In this document: positions 60,782 to 64,000 of the stretch, piece by piece
Position numbering within the stretch: the first letter of the stretch is position 1
Layout: each line of letters opens with the position of its first letter
Origin: an uncultured Mailhella sp.
Lineage (GTDB): Bacteria > Desulfobacterota > Desulfovibrionia > Desulfovibrionales > Desulfovibrionaceae
Direction: 5' to 3'
DNA: 64,000 nt
Assembly (NCBI GenBank): GCA_944322695.1
Contig: CALUPQ010000028.1
Span: 25,525-89,524 of the forward strand
Program-made: the position numbers and the translations under genes
The notes under the pieces: model-generated
What the model was told of the DNA's origin: nothing
What the model saw: the letters and a program-made list of their open reading frames with translations, nothing else
The model's database searches: none

Positions 60782-60913
60782 GTTTTTCCGACCGGGCTTT
60801 CGCGGTCTGTTCGTGCTCTGCAAGGGGGACGGACAGACCGCCTGCCTGTTTTAGGGGCCGCAGGAGCCTTTTTGCGCCGATTTGGGGGTAGTTCCCATCC
60901 CCTGCACAGGGGT

Positions 60914-60942
60914 TTGAAGTTTTCCGCGTTTTCGTATATACT
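60914..60942 (+). promoter_or_regulatory. Sigma70-type promoter of gyrB
   Basis: TTGAAG-17 bp-TATACT, 58 bp upstream of gyrB ATG. Confidence 0.65.
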
Positions 60943-60955
60943 GAAAGACTCTTGA

Positions 60956-63409
<2,454 letters not shown>

Positions 63410-63500
63410 CGGACAGACCGCGCCTCTCCCGTGACGGCGCGGTCTTTTCCCGGTTTTTCAGGGAACAAACCGCAACATTCCGCTTCAAAGGACTTCTACC

Positions 63501-64000
63501 GTGGCAGAATTCAAAGTCGATATAGAAAAAGAACTGCGCCAGTCCTATCTGGCCTACTCGCTCAGCGTCATCATAGGGCGAGCCATTCCCGACGCGCGCG
63601 ACGGCCTCAAGCCCGTGCATCGCCGCATTCTCTTCGCCCAGTCGCAGATGGCCAACACCTATAACCGTCCCACCAAGAAAAGCGCCCGCGTGGTCGGCGA
63701 CGTTATCGGCAAGTATCATCCTCATGGCGACGTCGCCGTCTATAACGCCCTTGTGCGCATGGCGCAGGACTTCAATATGCGCGACCCCCTGGAAGACGGC
63801 CAGGGCAACTTCGGCTCCATCGACGGCGACTCCGCCGCCGCCATGCGATACACCGAAGTGCGCATGTCCCGCCTCGCTTCGGAATTTCTGGACGATATAG
63901 AAAAGAAGACCGTGGACTTCCGTCCGAACTACGACGGTTCGGAACAGGAACCCGAAGTTCTTCCCACCAAGGTGCCGAACCTCTTGCTCAACGGTTCTTC
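63501..64000 (+). CDS. gyrA: DNA gyrase subunit A (5' part; runs off the window edge)
   Basis: Manual translation from GTG 63501: ...[29 protein letters not shown]...[33 protein letters not shown]...[20 protein letters not shown]. Confidence 0.97.
   Translation, partial: MAEFKVDIEKELRQSYLAYSLSVIIGRAIPDARDGLKPVHRRILFAQSQMANTYNRPTKKSARVVGDVIGKYHPHGDVAVYNALVRMAQDFNMRDPLEDGQGNFGSIDGDSAAAMRYTEVRMSRLASEFLDDIEKKTVDFRPNYDGSEQEPEVLPTKVPNLLLNGS

Overview
GC-rich bacterial chromosome segment. Gene content and order (dprA-xerC-coaX-eno, truB-rpsO-pnp, efp-ftsK-folD, M23 peptidase | dnaN-gyrB-gyrA) point to a Desulfovibrionaceae member, probably a gut Mailhella/Bilophila-like lineage (inference). The window likely includes the replication-origin region. 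Three accessory metabolic modules sit in the housekeeping backbone. (1) A LysR regulator, a DASS/SLC13 transporter and two tandem Fe-S flavoenzymes (OYE/BaiCD-like) whose usual catalytic Tyr position holds Trp. (2) A ~14 kb LacI-regulated catabolic locus: two DUF917 (thiohydantoin-desulfurase-like) genes, three tandem AroM-family racemase-like paralogs, a PotABCD-type ABC importer, an Fe-S nitroreductase, an M20 amidohydrolase and aspartase. This is the best candidate for an undescribed pathway. (3) A ptxABCD phosphite uptake/oxidation operon behind a four-repeat Pho-box-like array. Other notable points: no intact dnaA upstream of dnaN (a 1 kb region with a possible dnaA remnant, an IHF consensus and inverted/direct repeats instead), GyrA with Val/Asn at the E. 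coli S83/D87 quinolone-resistance positions, and an EPSP-synthase-fold protein lacking its catalytic residues. No CRISPR array, rRNA, tRNA, IS element or prophage was recognised.
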